From: an uncultured Bdellovibrionales bacterium
GTDB taxonomy: Bacteria; Patescibacteriota; Minisyncoccia; Moranbacterales; UBA1568
DNA: 64,000 bases
Direction of reading: 5' to 3'
Assembly: GCA_964543815.1 (NCBI GenBank)
Contig: CAZIZG010000005.1
Span: 9,424 to 73,423 of the forward strand
Part shown: positions 55,987 through 64,000 of the stretch, in pieces
Numbering within the stretch: position 1 is the stretch's first letter
How the letters are laid out: the number at the start of each line of letters is the position of its first letter
The notes under the pieces: generated by a model
The model's database searches: none
What the model was told of the DNA's origin: nothing
What the model saw: the letters and a program-made list of their open reading frames with translations, nothing else
Position numbers and translations under genes: made by a program

Positions 55987-56400
55987 ATGAGTTTCTTTTC
56001 TTCAAAAAATCTTATTTTATTTCTTCGATGGTGTTCCGGAGGAATTTTTGTAGTAGCTGGTGTTGTTGAGTTATGTGGTTTTTCCGGGTACGTTTCACCT
56101 ATGGAAATTTTTGGTCCGGGCATATCACGCAGTGTGGTAACCCTTTCGGCACTGATAGAAATAATGAGTACAATACCAATTTTGTTAGGAAGGTTAACGG
56201 GATTATTTTTTATTTTGGTGACAGCTCTCGTTGTCTATAAGGGTATGGCCCTCGGATATAGTTTTTATCGAGAGCTGGGAGGAACTCCAGGCTGGGTCCT
56301 CTGGCTTCAGGCAATGGTTATGATTCAGGGCGTTGTATATTTAGGTATCAGCCTGTTTCAGGCACAACAACGGCGTAAGCAGATAGAAGAAGGATTCTAA
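55987..56400 (+). CDS. small membrane protein, DoxX-like
   Basis: LFLRWCSGGIFVVAG...ALIE pattern; about 4 TM segments. Confidence 0.5.
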   Translation: MSFFSSKNLILFLRWCSGGIFVVAGVVELCGFSGYVSPMEIFGPGISRSVVTLSALIEIMSTIPILLGRLTGLFFILVTALVVYKGMALGYSFYRELGGTPGWVLWLQAMVMIQGVVYLGISLFQAQQRRKQIEEGF

Positions 56401-58502
56401 ATTTTTTGAAGGGTAATGCGGGCATCAAGCACACGGAAACGCTCAGCTTCTTTGAATGCGAGGAGAGGATTGATATCGAGCTCGACTATTTCTGGGAAAT
56501 CTTCAATGAGGAGTGAGAGGCGCCCTATAGCATCTTTCAGTGCTTCAAGGTCGATGCCAGTTTGACCGCGAGCCCCGGTGAGAAGAGGAAGGCTTTTGAG
56601 CTCCTCAATCATTTCGCGAGCATCTTCTTCTTGGAGTGGAGCGAAACGAAAGGCTACATCCTTGAAAACTTCAACAAAAATACCACCTAGCCCCACCATG
56701 AGGAGAGCACCGAGACCTGGTTCGCGCTTCATGCCAAGAATAATCTCTCGGCCACCGGATTCTGCCATTTCAACCATGAGCGCTCCTTCGAGGATTGCCT
56801 CTGGTGCGCGCTCTTTGACACGAGCCAGAAGGAGGTCGTACTTTTCTCCGACTTCTTCAGGGGCGATATCAAGGAGTACCCCACCAACATCAGATTTGTG
56901 GGTGATTTGTGGAGAAATAATCTTGAGAGCGATTTTTCCAGTAAAGTGTTTGGCTGCTACCTCGGCCTCTTCGCGATTGTGGGCAGAGGCACTTTCCAGA
57001 AAACGGAATCCATAAGCAGAAAGAATGTCCCAAACCTCCGTTTCGTAGAGAGCAGAGCGCCCTTCTTTAGTGGCTCTTGTTATTACTCGTGCTGCACTTT
57101 CTTTGTCGATATCGTTAAAGTGAAAGGATGTCGCAAGGTTCTGTTCTCGCCATGATGCCACTTGAGCTAATGCTGCCAACCCCTGGGCTCCGGCCTCTGG
57201 ATAGATGAGGGTAGCAACTTGATTTTTTTGAAGGACACTAAGGCCTGAAGCAAGGGCAGTTTTGCCAGCGAGGACGGCCACGATGGGTTTGGAGCTGTGG
57301 TTTTTCGTATCTGCTATCGCTTCTGCTGTTTCCTTGGCCTGGGTCATTGCCTGGGGGGTGATAATGGTAAGGATCATATCAACCTGAGAATCAGCCGAGA
57401 GTGCTTCTAATGCGAGTTTGTAGCGATCGGCTAGGGCGTCACCGAGGACGTCGACGGGATTGTGACGTGATGCTGCCGCGGGTAAGGCACTAAGTTTTTC
57501 AATGGTTTCGGGCGAGAGAGTGGCGATTTTGAGACCATGTTTTTCAGCGGCATCTGTAGCGAGGACACCGAGCCCACCGGCATTGGTAATAATGCCAATA
57601 TTTTTTCCTTGAGGAAGGGGATTTTGTGAAAATACAGCAAGGAGATCAGAGAGGGATTCGAGTGACTCTGCTCGGATGATGCGAGCCTGGCGGAAAAGCG
57701 CCTGATAGGCAGCATCGCTTCCAGCGAGGGCGCCAGTATGAGAACTCGAAGCGGCCGTGCCTGAAGTAGTGGTGCCTGATTTGAGAGCGATGAGGGGTTT
57801 AGGTGTTGGGCGTGCGAGAATAGCTCGGCCCGTTTCGATAATATGCTTAGCATCAGTCAGCCCTTCGGTATAAAAGCTAATGACGGACGTTTCCTCGTCA
57901 GCAGCAAAATATCGAAGGAGTTCGTTTTCACCAACTACCGCCTTGTTGCCATCGCTGACAAAGGATGAAAAACCCAGTGTATCACCAGTGAGATCGAGGA
58001 GGGCAGTACAGAGGGCCCCGCTTTGTGAAAAGAAGGCAATGTGGCCAGCTACTGGGAGACCAGAGGCAAATGAGGCATTGAGTCCGAGCTTAGGATGGAG
58101 AAAGCCGAGACAGTTGGGACCAAGGAGGGCGATATTATATTCTTCAGCGATATCTTTAATCTCTTGTTCAAGCGCCGAACCTTTTTCGCCTGTTTCTTTA
58201 AACCCTGAGGAAATAATGATAGCAGCCGGTATATTTTTTTCACCGGCAGCCCGGAGTGCTTCTGGTACGGCTGCAGCTGGAATAATAATAATCGCCAAAT
58301 CAACTTCGTGGGGGATGTTGGTAATACTCGGAAAACAAGGGAGGTTAAAAAGAGTATCTGTTTTTGGATTTACCGGGTAGACGGTGCCGCTATAGCCGTG
58401 AGTGAGTAAATTATGAGTGAGGTTCCAGCCGACACTCCCTTCTTTGGTGGAGGCGCCAACGACAGCGATAGAGCGGGGCGAAAAAAGACTTGAGAGTTGC
58501 AT
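56397..58502 (-). CDS. acetate--CoA ligase (ADP-forming) family protein
   Basis: PRSIAVVGAS, LGPNCLG, SQSGAL, SHTGALAG, HKSDVGGV, ELDINP. Confidence 0.92.
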   Translation of the reverse strand: MQLSSLFSPRSIAVVGASTKEGSVGWNLTHNLLTHGYSGTVYPVNPKTDTLFNLPCFPSITNIPHEVDLAIIIIPAAAVPEALRAAGEKNIPAAIIISSGFKETGEKGSALEQEIKDIAEEYNIALLGPNCLGFLHPKLGLNASFASGLPVAGHIAFFSQSGALCTALLDLTGDTLGFSSFVSDGNKAVVGENELLRYFAADEETSVISFYTEGLTDAKHIIETGRAILARPTPKPLIALKSGTTTSGTAASSSHTGALAGSDAAYQALFRQARIIRAESLESLSDLLAVFSQNPLPQGKNIGIITNAGGLGVLATDAAEKHGLKIATLSPETIEKLSALPAAASRHNPVDVLGDALADRYKLALEALSADSQVDMILTIITPQAMTQAKETAEAIADTKNHSSKPIVAVLAGKTALASGLSVLQKNQVATLIYPEAGAQGLAALAQVASWREQNLATSFHFNDIDKESAARVITRATKEGRSALYETEVWDILSAYGFRFLESASAHNREEAEVAAKHFTGKIALKIISPQITHKSDVGGVLLDIAPEEVGEKYDLLLARVKERAPEAILEGALMVEMAESGGREIILGMKREPGLGALLMVGLGGIFVEVFKDVAFRFAPLQEEDAREMIEELKSLPLLTGARGQTGIDLEALKDAIGRLSLLIEDFPEIVELDINPLLAFKEAERFRVLDARITLQKI

Positions 58503-58569
58503 AGAAAAGTGTATAAAGAATGGTTTTTTAGAGCCAGAAACCCCTTTAGTTTACCGCACAATTGTACCC

Positions 58570-58598
58570 TTGACAAAAAGGCAAAAATTTGATAAGAT
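58570..58598 (+). promoter_or_regulatory. sigma70-type promoter
   Basis: TTGACA-17 nt-TAAGAT with an extended -10 TG. Confidence 0.65.
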
Positions 58599-58629
58599 GG
58601 AGGGTCTAAAAATTCATGATTTTATTCGT

Positions 58630-59586
58630 ATGCAGGCTCGTAATTTTTGGCTTTCTCGAGAGGTTATTCTCGGTTTTGCACTGACCGTGCTTATTGCTGT
58701 TCCGGTTATGGTGTTTGGTGGTAGCAAACAGGTCTATGTAGATAAAGATGCCAAGGGATCCGAAGAAGGAACTTCGAATCATCCCTATCACAGCATTGGC
58801 AAAGCGCTCAAACATACTGATGGGAGTGCTGAAATTCATATTGCCAAAGGGACATACAAGGAAAATATTACTCTTCCCAAAGGAGTAAAGCTTTTTGGGA
58901 AGAAAAGCGACATTGGTGATGTCGTGATTAAATCTGACAATGGTGACAAACCGGCTGTTACGATGAAGCATCAGACGGAACTCAACTTTCTAACAGTTGA
59001 AGGTGGTCGTCACGGTGTTCGTGTTTTGGAGGATGCCAAGGTGAAAATCTACAAGGTCAATATCAAGAAGAGTAACCGAGATGGTATTCATATTGATGCC
59101 GCACCACGTGATAAGAAACACCGTGCACTTATCGATAACGTTGAAATAGAAAATAATGATCGGACCGGTATCTATTCTGAAAAACGTGACATTGTTGTTA
59201 TCAACAGTAACATCCATAACAATGGGAGTGATGGTCTCGATTTAGCGGCGGGTATGGAGGCCTGGTTTGAAAACAATCGTATCAATAACAATGGCGGCAG
59301 TGGTATCAAGGTAGTACTTGATGGCGCTTCTGTCTGGACCAAATCAAACAGTATTCGCAACAACAAGCGCGAGGGTGTTGAGGTCAATGCTTATGGCGCG
59401 GCCGGTAATTTCGGTCTGAAGAAGGCTTCTCTCATCGGGAATGGCCGTTACGGTGTGGCTCGTGTTGCTCGTACAGCAAGTGGCTTCAAATCATTTGGTG
59501 GTATCATCTTAGGTACCGGGGTCAATGACAATCGTCTTGAATCAAACGCTATCGGCAGCACTTCTCCGGTTTTGCGTGGCTTCTAA
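58630..59586 (+). CDS. exported right-handed parallel beta-helix protein (DUF1565/pectin lyase-like)
   Basis: YVD...GTSNHPYHSIGKAL, KGTYKENI, repeated I-x-N-N...GI. Confidence 0.8.
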   Translation: MQARNFWLSREVILGFALTVLIAVPVMVFGGSKQVYVDKDAKGSEEGTSNHPYHSIGKALKHTDGSAEIHIAKGTYKENITLPKGVKLFGKKSDIGDVVIKSDNGDKPAVTMKHQTELNFLTVEGGRHGVRVLEDAKVKIYKVNIKKSNRDGIHIDAAPRDKKHRALIDNVEIENNDRTGIYSEKRDIVVINSNIHNNGSDGLDLAAGMEAWFENNRINNNGGSGIKVVLDGASVWTKSNSIRNNKREGVEVNAYGAAGNFGLKKASLIGNGRYGVARVARTASGFKSFGGIILGTGVNDNRLESNAIGSTSPVLRGF

Positions 59587-59639
59587 ATGAGGGGTCCTGT
59601 TAAAGAGTAGTTTCCTTCGTTCTCTAATCAACTCCACGT

Positions 59640-60803
59640 ATGAAAATCGCTTTCATCGGACAGAAGGGGATTCCAGCTGTTGCTGGCGGCGTGGAGAAAC
59701 ACGTCGAAAAATTAGCGACCAGGCTGGTGCTTCAGGGTCATGAAGTGACGGTGTATGTGCGTTCGCATTATACGCCCACTTCCCTTCATGAGTTTGAAGG
59801 AGTGAAACTCGTCCACGTGCCGAGTATTCATACGAAACACCTGGACGCTCTCTCTCATGCATTCTTCGCGACGGTTCATGCTTTGCTCATGCCGTATGAC
59901 GTCATTCACTATCAGTCCATTGGGCCGAGTATCCTTTCGATTTTGCCAAGGCTATTTAAACCCAAAGCTCGAGTGGTGGCCACCTTTCACAGTCGTGACT
60001 ATACTCACAAGAAGTGGGGATGGTTTGCGCGAATCTGTCTGCATATAGCTGAATACATAGCCTGTACTGTGCCAGAGCGGACGATTGTTTCCAGTGAAAC
60101 ACTCATCGAATATACCAAAGAATCGTACCATCGAGACGTGACATTTATTCCGAGCGGAGCAGAGGTGGCTTACGAAAAAAATACCGCCGTACTCACCGAA
60201 TTAGGACTTCGACCGAAGCGCTATATCCTTGCTGTCCATCGTTTGGTGCCACACAAAGGTACACATTATCTGATTAAGGCTTTTAAGGAACTGGAGGATA
60301 CCAATCGTCTTCCAAACAATTTTAAATTGGTTATTGTTGGGACACATGCTGATACTGAAGAGTATGAAAAGTTTCTGAAACACCTGGCCGATGGTCGTTC
60401 CAATATCATCATGGCGGGTGAACGAACCGGCGTAGCTATGGAATCGCTCTATTCCCATGCTTACCTCTATGTGCAGCCCTCTGAACAAGAGGGATTGTCA
60501 CTTGCTTTGCTCGAAGCGATGGGACACGGTCTTTTGCCACTCGTAAGTGATATCGAACCACATAAAGAGGCCGTGGCGAATACAGGAGTTTATTTTCCGG
60601 TGAAAGATATCGAGGGACTGAAGCGAGAACTTGCTTATCTGGTGAATCGAAGTGACGAAGTATCAGCTCTCGGGCGAGTAGCTCAGGAGCGAGTGCGCGA
60701 GCACTATAGTTGGGATGCGGTAGCCAAGAAAACCGTCGATGTCTATCGCGATGTCATGGGTGGCGTACCGAAAGAATATTCGGCTCATGTCCATCACAAA
60801 TAA
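59640..60803 (+). CDS. glycosyltransferase family 4
   Basis: IGQKGIPAVAGGVE, EGLSLALLEAM. Confidence 0.92.
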   Translation: MKIAFIGQKGIPAVAGGVEKHVEKLATRLVLQGHEVTVYVRSHYTPTSLHEFEGVKLVHVPSIHTKHLDALSHAFFATVHALLMPYDVIHYQSIGPSILSILPRLFKPKARVVATFHSRDYTHKKWGWFARICLHIAEYIACTVPERTIVSSETLIEYTKESYHRDVTFIPSGAEVAYEKNTAVLTELGLRPKRYILAVHRLVPHKGTHYLIKAFKELEDTNRLPNNFKLVIVGTHADTEEYEKFLKHLADGRSNIIMAGERTGVAMESLYSHAYLYVQPSEQEGLSLALLEAMGHGLLPLVSDIEPHKEAVANTGVYFPVKDIEGLKRELAYLVNRSDEVSALGRVAQERVREHYSWDAVAKKTVDVYRDVMGGVPKEYSAHVHHK

Positions 60804-60807
60804 ATCT

Positions 60808-61839
60808 ATGCCGATGTCTGTCCGCAATTATTTTCAGGAATTCCGTGCTGACTGGCAGCGCTCATTTTTTGTAGCGCTTTTTTTCGTGACAATTGCGGCG
60901 CTTTTGTTTTGGCTCGATACGTTCCATGTTTATCAGTCTGATATTCGAATTCTAGTTATTGGTAAGGTGCCGACCGTGGCGACTGATCAGGTGGTAGAAA
61001 ACTTTGCTGAACTATCACGCAATCTCTCATTCTATGAGCAAGTTTTGGCAGGAAACGACTTGATTGATGATGACTTTGATGGATATTCCAAAGATGAACG
61101 CAAAAAACTGTGGAATGAAACAGTGACCGTTACCCGCAGCGACAAGAGTGGCGTGCTCGTGGTAAGTGCGCGTCAAGATAGTCCGGAAAAGGCAACGCGA
61201 CTGGCTGAAGCAACTGTGCAAACACTCTTTGCTACTGCTTCGTTTTACTATAATATCAAGACGGATATTGATCTTCGAATCGTTGATGAGTCAATTGTCA
61301 AAACGACTATCAATAATCCAATCGCATATGTGACCCTGAGTATTTTTAGTGCCGGGGTGGTAACAATTACTTTTTTTGGAATTCTTTCAGTGATCCCGTT
61401 CTTTTTTGGTCGGCGAACAAAGAGGGAGGTTCCAGAATTTCCCATTGGTGCCAGTGTGCCGTTTATCGACCCACAGAAATTCGTCCCGGAGCGCCCGACT
61501 TTGTCTTTTGAATCATCACACCAGGAGCAACAGACATTTGAAGAAATTGAAGAAAATCCTTCCTCTCCAACACCATCAAATGAGCGGATGTTACCAGGTA
61601 TGGATGCAACCGAACTCCCATTTCAGTTTGAGGCATCGTTTCCTGATGAAGAAGTGATTGATGCGAAACCTGAATTTGATGATTTGCCAGTAACGAATGG
61701 GCTGATCATGGATACTGTGGCGGCGTCAGAAGTGACTTCCGTGGAGTCGGTTACTCCTGAGATTGAAGTAAAAAAAGGAGAGCCAACTATCGAAGAATAT
61801 AAACGACGTTTGAATGAATTGTTAGCTGGCGGTAAATAA
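60808..61839 (+). CDS. Wzz/CapA-like membrane protein with long acidic C-terminal tail
   Basis: two TM helices, then an E/P-rich disordered tail ending EYKRRLNELLAG. Confidence 0.55.
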   Translation: MPMSVRNYFQEFRADWQRSFFVALFFVTIAALLFWLDTFHVYQSDIRILVIGKVPTVATDQVVENFAELSRNLSFYEQVLAGNDLIDDDFDGYSKDERKKLWNETVTVTRSDKSGVLVVSARQDSPEKATRLAEATVQTLFATASFYYNIKTDIDLRIVDESIVKTTINNPIAYVTLSIFSAGVVTITFFGILSVIPFFFGRRTKREVPEFPIGASVPFIDPQKFVPERPTLSFESSHQEQQTFEEIEENPSSPTPSNERMLPGMDATELPFQFEASFPDEEVIDAKPEFDDLPVTNGLIMDTVAASEVTSVESVTPEIEVKKGEPTIEEYKRRLNELLAGGK

Positions 61840-61850
61840 ATCAACTTCTT

Positions 61851-63224
61851 ATGAAGGAACGCTCATCAACATTTTGGTTTGCCTTCGTTACCCTCTCGCT
61901 TATCTTTTTGGCAGGCTGGTTTGTGTTTTGGCAGGTACGCACTGGCGGTTGGGACAGCCTGAAGCGTCTTTTAGGTTGGTTGCCAGTGACGCAAGAGACA
62001 AAGACTGATCTTGATACCGTTATTTCTTTGGCTAACTCATTGCTTGATACTGACGGTGAAGAAAAGGTGTTTCTTATTCTGTTTCAAAATAACTTGGAAC
62101 TTCGCCCTGGAGGGGGATTTATTGGGAGTTTCGGTATTTTAAAGGTACGTGATGGACATATTACTCATTTCATGGTGCACGATACAGGTAATTTCGACGG
62201 ACGAATTCCGGATGCAGTAGCGCCACCATACCCCATGAAAGAAACACTCAAGATTCCGTCTTGGAAATTGCGTGACTCAAACTATTCTCCCGATTTTTCG
62301 GAAAATGCCAAATGGGCAGTGGATTTCTATCACATGGGAAAGGGTGAAGAGCAGTTTGATGGTGTCATTGGTGTTACGGCCAATGTCCTCACTTCTTTTT
62401 TGCGAGTAACTGGACCAGTGGAACTCGAAGGCTATCCTGGGACATATGGTGCCGACAATGCCATTCTTGATTTGGAATACCAGGTTGAGCAAGGATACCT
62501 CAAACAGAATATCGATTTTGGTGAGCGTAAATCCGTCATGGGCATCCTCGGATTAGAAATTTTGAAGCGCGTGAAAGAATTGTCGCTCCCGAAAAAGTAT
62601 GAATTATTCCAGGTGATGCTTGATGATTTGCGGCGCAAGGATGTACAGCTCTCTTTTAAGGATCAGAATTTGCAAGATGACGTCGTAGCTGCTCATTGGG
62701 ATGGCCGTCTCGATGCTGATTGGAAAAACGATTACCTTTTACTCGTTGATGCGAACCTGAATTCATTCAAGAGTGACTATTTTGTGAAGCGGTCGTATCA
62801 GTACACGATTGATCTCTCAAAGGAAACTCCTGAGGCGACGCTTTCAGTTACCTATAAGCACACAGCCCCTAAGAAAGACTGGTTTACCAAGGACTATCAG
62901 TCATATTTGCGTGTCTATGTTCCAAGGGGGAGTTATCTCGTGGATGTGACGAATGCAGCGACCAAGCCAGTTTTTGGCGAATTTCTGAATAAGAAATATT
63001 TTGGTACTCTTATTCAGGTACCGCTTGGGAGTGAAAAAACAGTGACGTTCCATTATACCCTTCCTAAAGATATTGAACGAACCTGGTATGATTTGAAGGT
63101 AGAGAAGCAACCAGGATTGAACGATGTGCCAGTTTCAACCACTGTCATCGGAACTGATGGCACCAAGATGGAAAAATCTTTCACGTTGAACCAAAATACG
63201 GTGTGGAGTGAGATCAAACAATAG
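61851..63224 (+). CDS. DUF4012 domain protein
   Basis: LFQNNLELRPGGGFIGSFG, RDSNYSPDF, YLRVYVPRGS, KQPG. Confidence 0.8.
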   Translation: MKERSSTFWFAFVTLSLIFLAGWFVFWQVRTGGWDSLKRLLGWLPVTQETKTDLDTVISLANSLLDTDGEEKVFLILFQNNLELRPGGGFIGSFGILKVRDGHITHFMVHDTGNFDGRIPDAVAPPYPMKETLKIPSWKLRDSNYSPDFSENAKWAVDFYHMGKGEEQFDGVIGVTANVLTSFLRVTGPVELEGYPGTYGADNAILDLEYQVEQGYLKQNIDFGERKSVMGILGLEILKRVKELSLPKKYELFQVMLDDLRRKDVQLSFKDQNLQDDVVAAHWDGRLDADWKNDYLLLVDANLNSFKSDYFVKRSYQYTIDLSKETPEATLSVTYKHTAPKKDWFTKDYQSYLRVYVPRGSYLVDVTNAATKPVFGEFLNKKYFGTLIQVPLGSEKTVTFHYTLPKDIERTWYDLKVEKQPGLNDVPVSTTVIGTDGTKMEKSFTLNQNTVWSEIKQ

Positions 63225-63391
63225 ACCTGTTTCGAAGTCCTGCAAGGGCGCTTCGGGGCAGTAGCCAAGGGGTATCGATGCATGTGCACGTTGGTGCGAT
63301 GCCCCTTCACTACTGCCTTTTTCTTTGGCAGCGTACCTTAATCATCGCCTCAACAGAGGCTCGCTCATTGCACAAACACGGAGGAAGAACC

Positions 63392-64000
63392 ATGTTCGAT
63401 GCCACTTTGTGGTTGGGATGCTATGCCGTCGGGACTCTGTTCCTGATGGTCGAAACGCTGACCATTTCTGGGATTGCCTCTTATGAGGTCAGGGATTTGC
63501 GCGAGGACTTTGCTCGAGTGGATTCGTTCCTCGTACCACGAGTGATTGCCGCTGCTCGACCATGGCGTCACGTGTTGCGCATTGCTCCACTGGTATTGAT
63601 CAACGTCCTGTGGGGCTACTTCTTGGTCTTTGGCCTAGGGCTCGAAGCTGATGAGCGGCTCATCGGGGCGCTCGGAGGAATTCTGGCGCTGGAATGGCTC
63701 GTCATGGCTGTGGTGCGGAGAATCAACGCTCGCAAGTATCGGGAAGATATCGAGGAGTGCAAGCTCTTGGCTCATCCGGATAACCTGCGAGTTATCGGTT
63801 GTCTTCAGGACCGATCGCCACCGGATGCCTACAACTTCAATCCGGACGAACTAGGACCTGGGCGTTCATTCCGGGCTGGACACGTCGTGCGTGGTGGTCG
63901 ACTCATCACGGTCGTGACGGAGACTGATCGGGTCATGCTCTTCTTACCGCTGGCTTTCTATGGTCCCCGCCCAGTCGAAGAGACCGATGCGCCGGTGGTG
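63392..64000 (+). CDS. orphan membrane protein, 3'-truncated by the window edge (absent from the ORF track)
   Basis: GGAGG SD at 63380-63384; MFDATLWLGCYAVGTLFLM... open for 203 codons to the end; about three hydrophobic segments. Confidence 0.7.
   Translation, partial: MFDATLWLGCYAVGTLFLMVETLTISGIASYEVRDLREDFARVDSFLVPRVIAAARPWRHVLRIAPLVLINVLWGYFLVFGLGLEADERLIGALGGILALEWLVMAVVRRINARKYREDIEECKLLAHPDNLRVIGCLQDRSPPDAYNFNPDELGPGRSFRAGHVVRGGRLITVVTETDRVMLFLPLAFYGPRPVEETDAPVV

Overview
Bacterial chromosomal window, genetic code 11. Gene content and style suggest a Patescibacteria/CPR (Parcubacteria-like) genome (inference): short non-discriminating-type AspRS, DUF4012, a PaaX/Cas2-like regulator, and housekeeping genes without Shine-Dalgarno (SD) sites, often with almost no leader. 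The backbone holds recJ, RNase H, a MacAB-type ABC system, PBP1A, secDF, tyrS/pheS/pheT/aspS/lysS/serS, mreBCD-pbp2, greA, frr, rseP, two tRNAs and scattered surface-polysaccharide genes. Four unusual things stand out. (1) Eight orphan genes in seven loci are built differently from the backbone. They have strong SD sites and mostly hairpin-rich leaders, several have their own near-consensus sigma70 promoter and terminator, and five encode exported proteins, including a LysM protein with a beta-barrel-like C-terminus and a gene of very high GC. (2) The PaaX/Cas2-like gene is tightly bracketed by two inverted copies of a 39-bp palindrome that show a compensatory base change. (3) An AT-richer block encodes a Cys-rich protein, a PurD-like ATP-grasp ligase, an EamA exporter, a 7TM histidine kinase and a dual-receiver regulator, resembling a signal synthesis/export/sensing module. 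(4) One gene is frameshifted at an A7 tract, and SecD carries an apparently circularly permuted parvulin insert. All product calls come from motif recognition by eye; no database searches were run.
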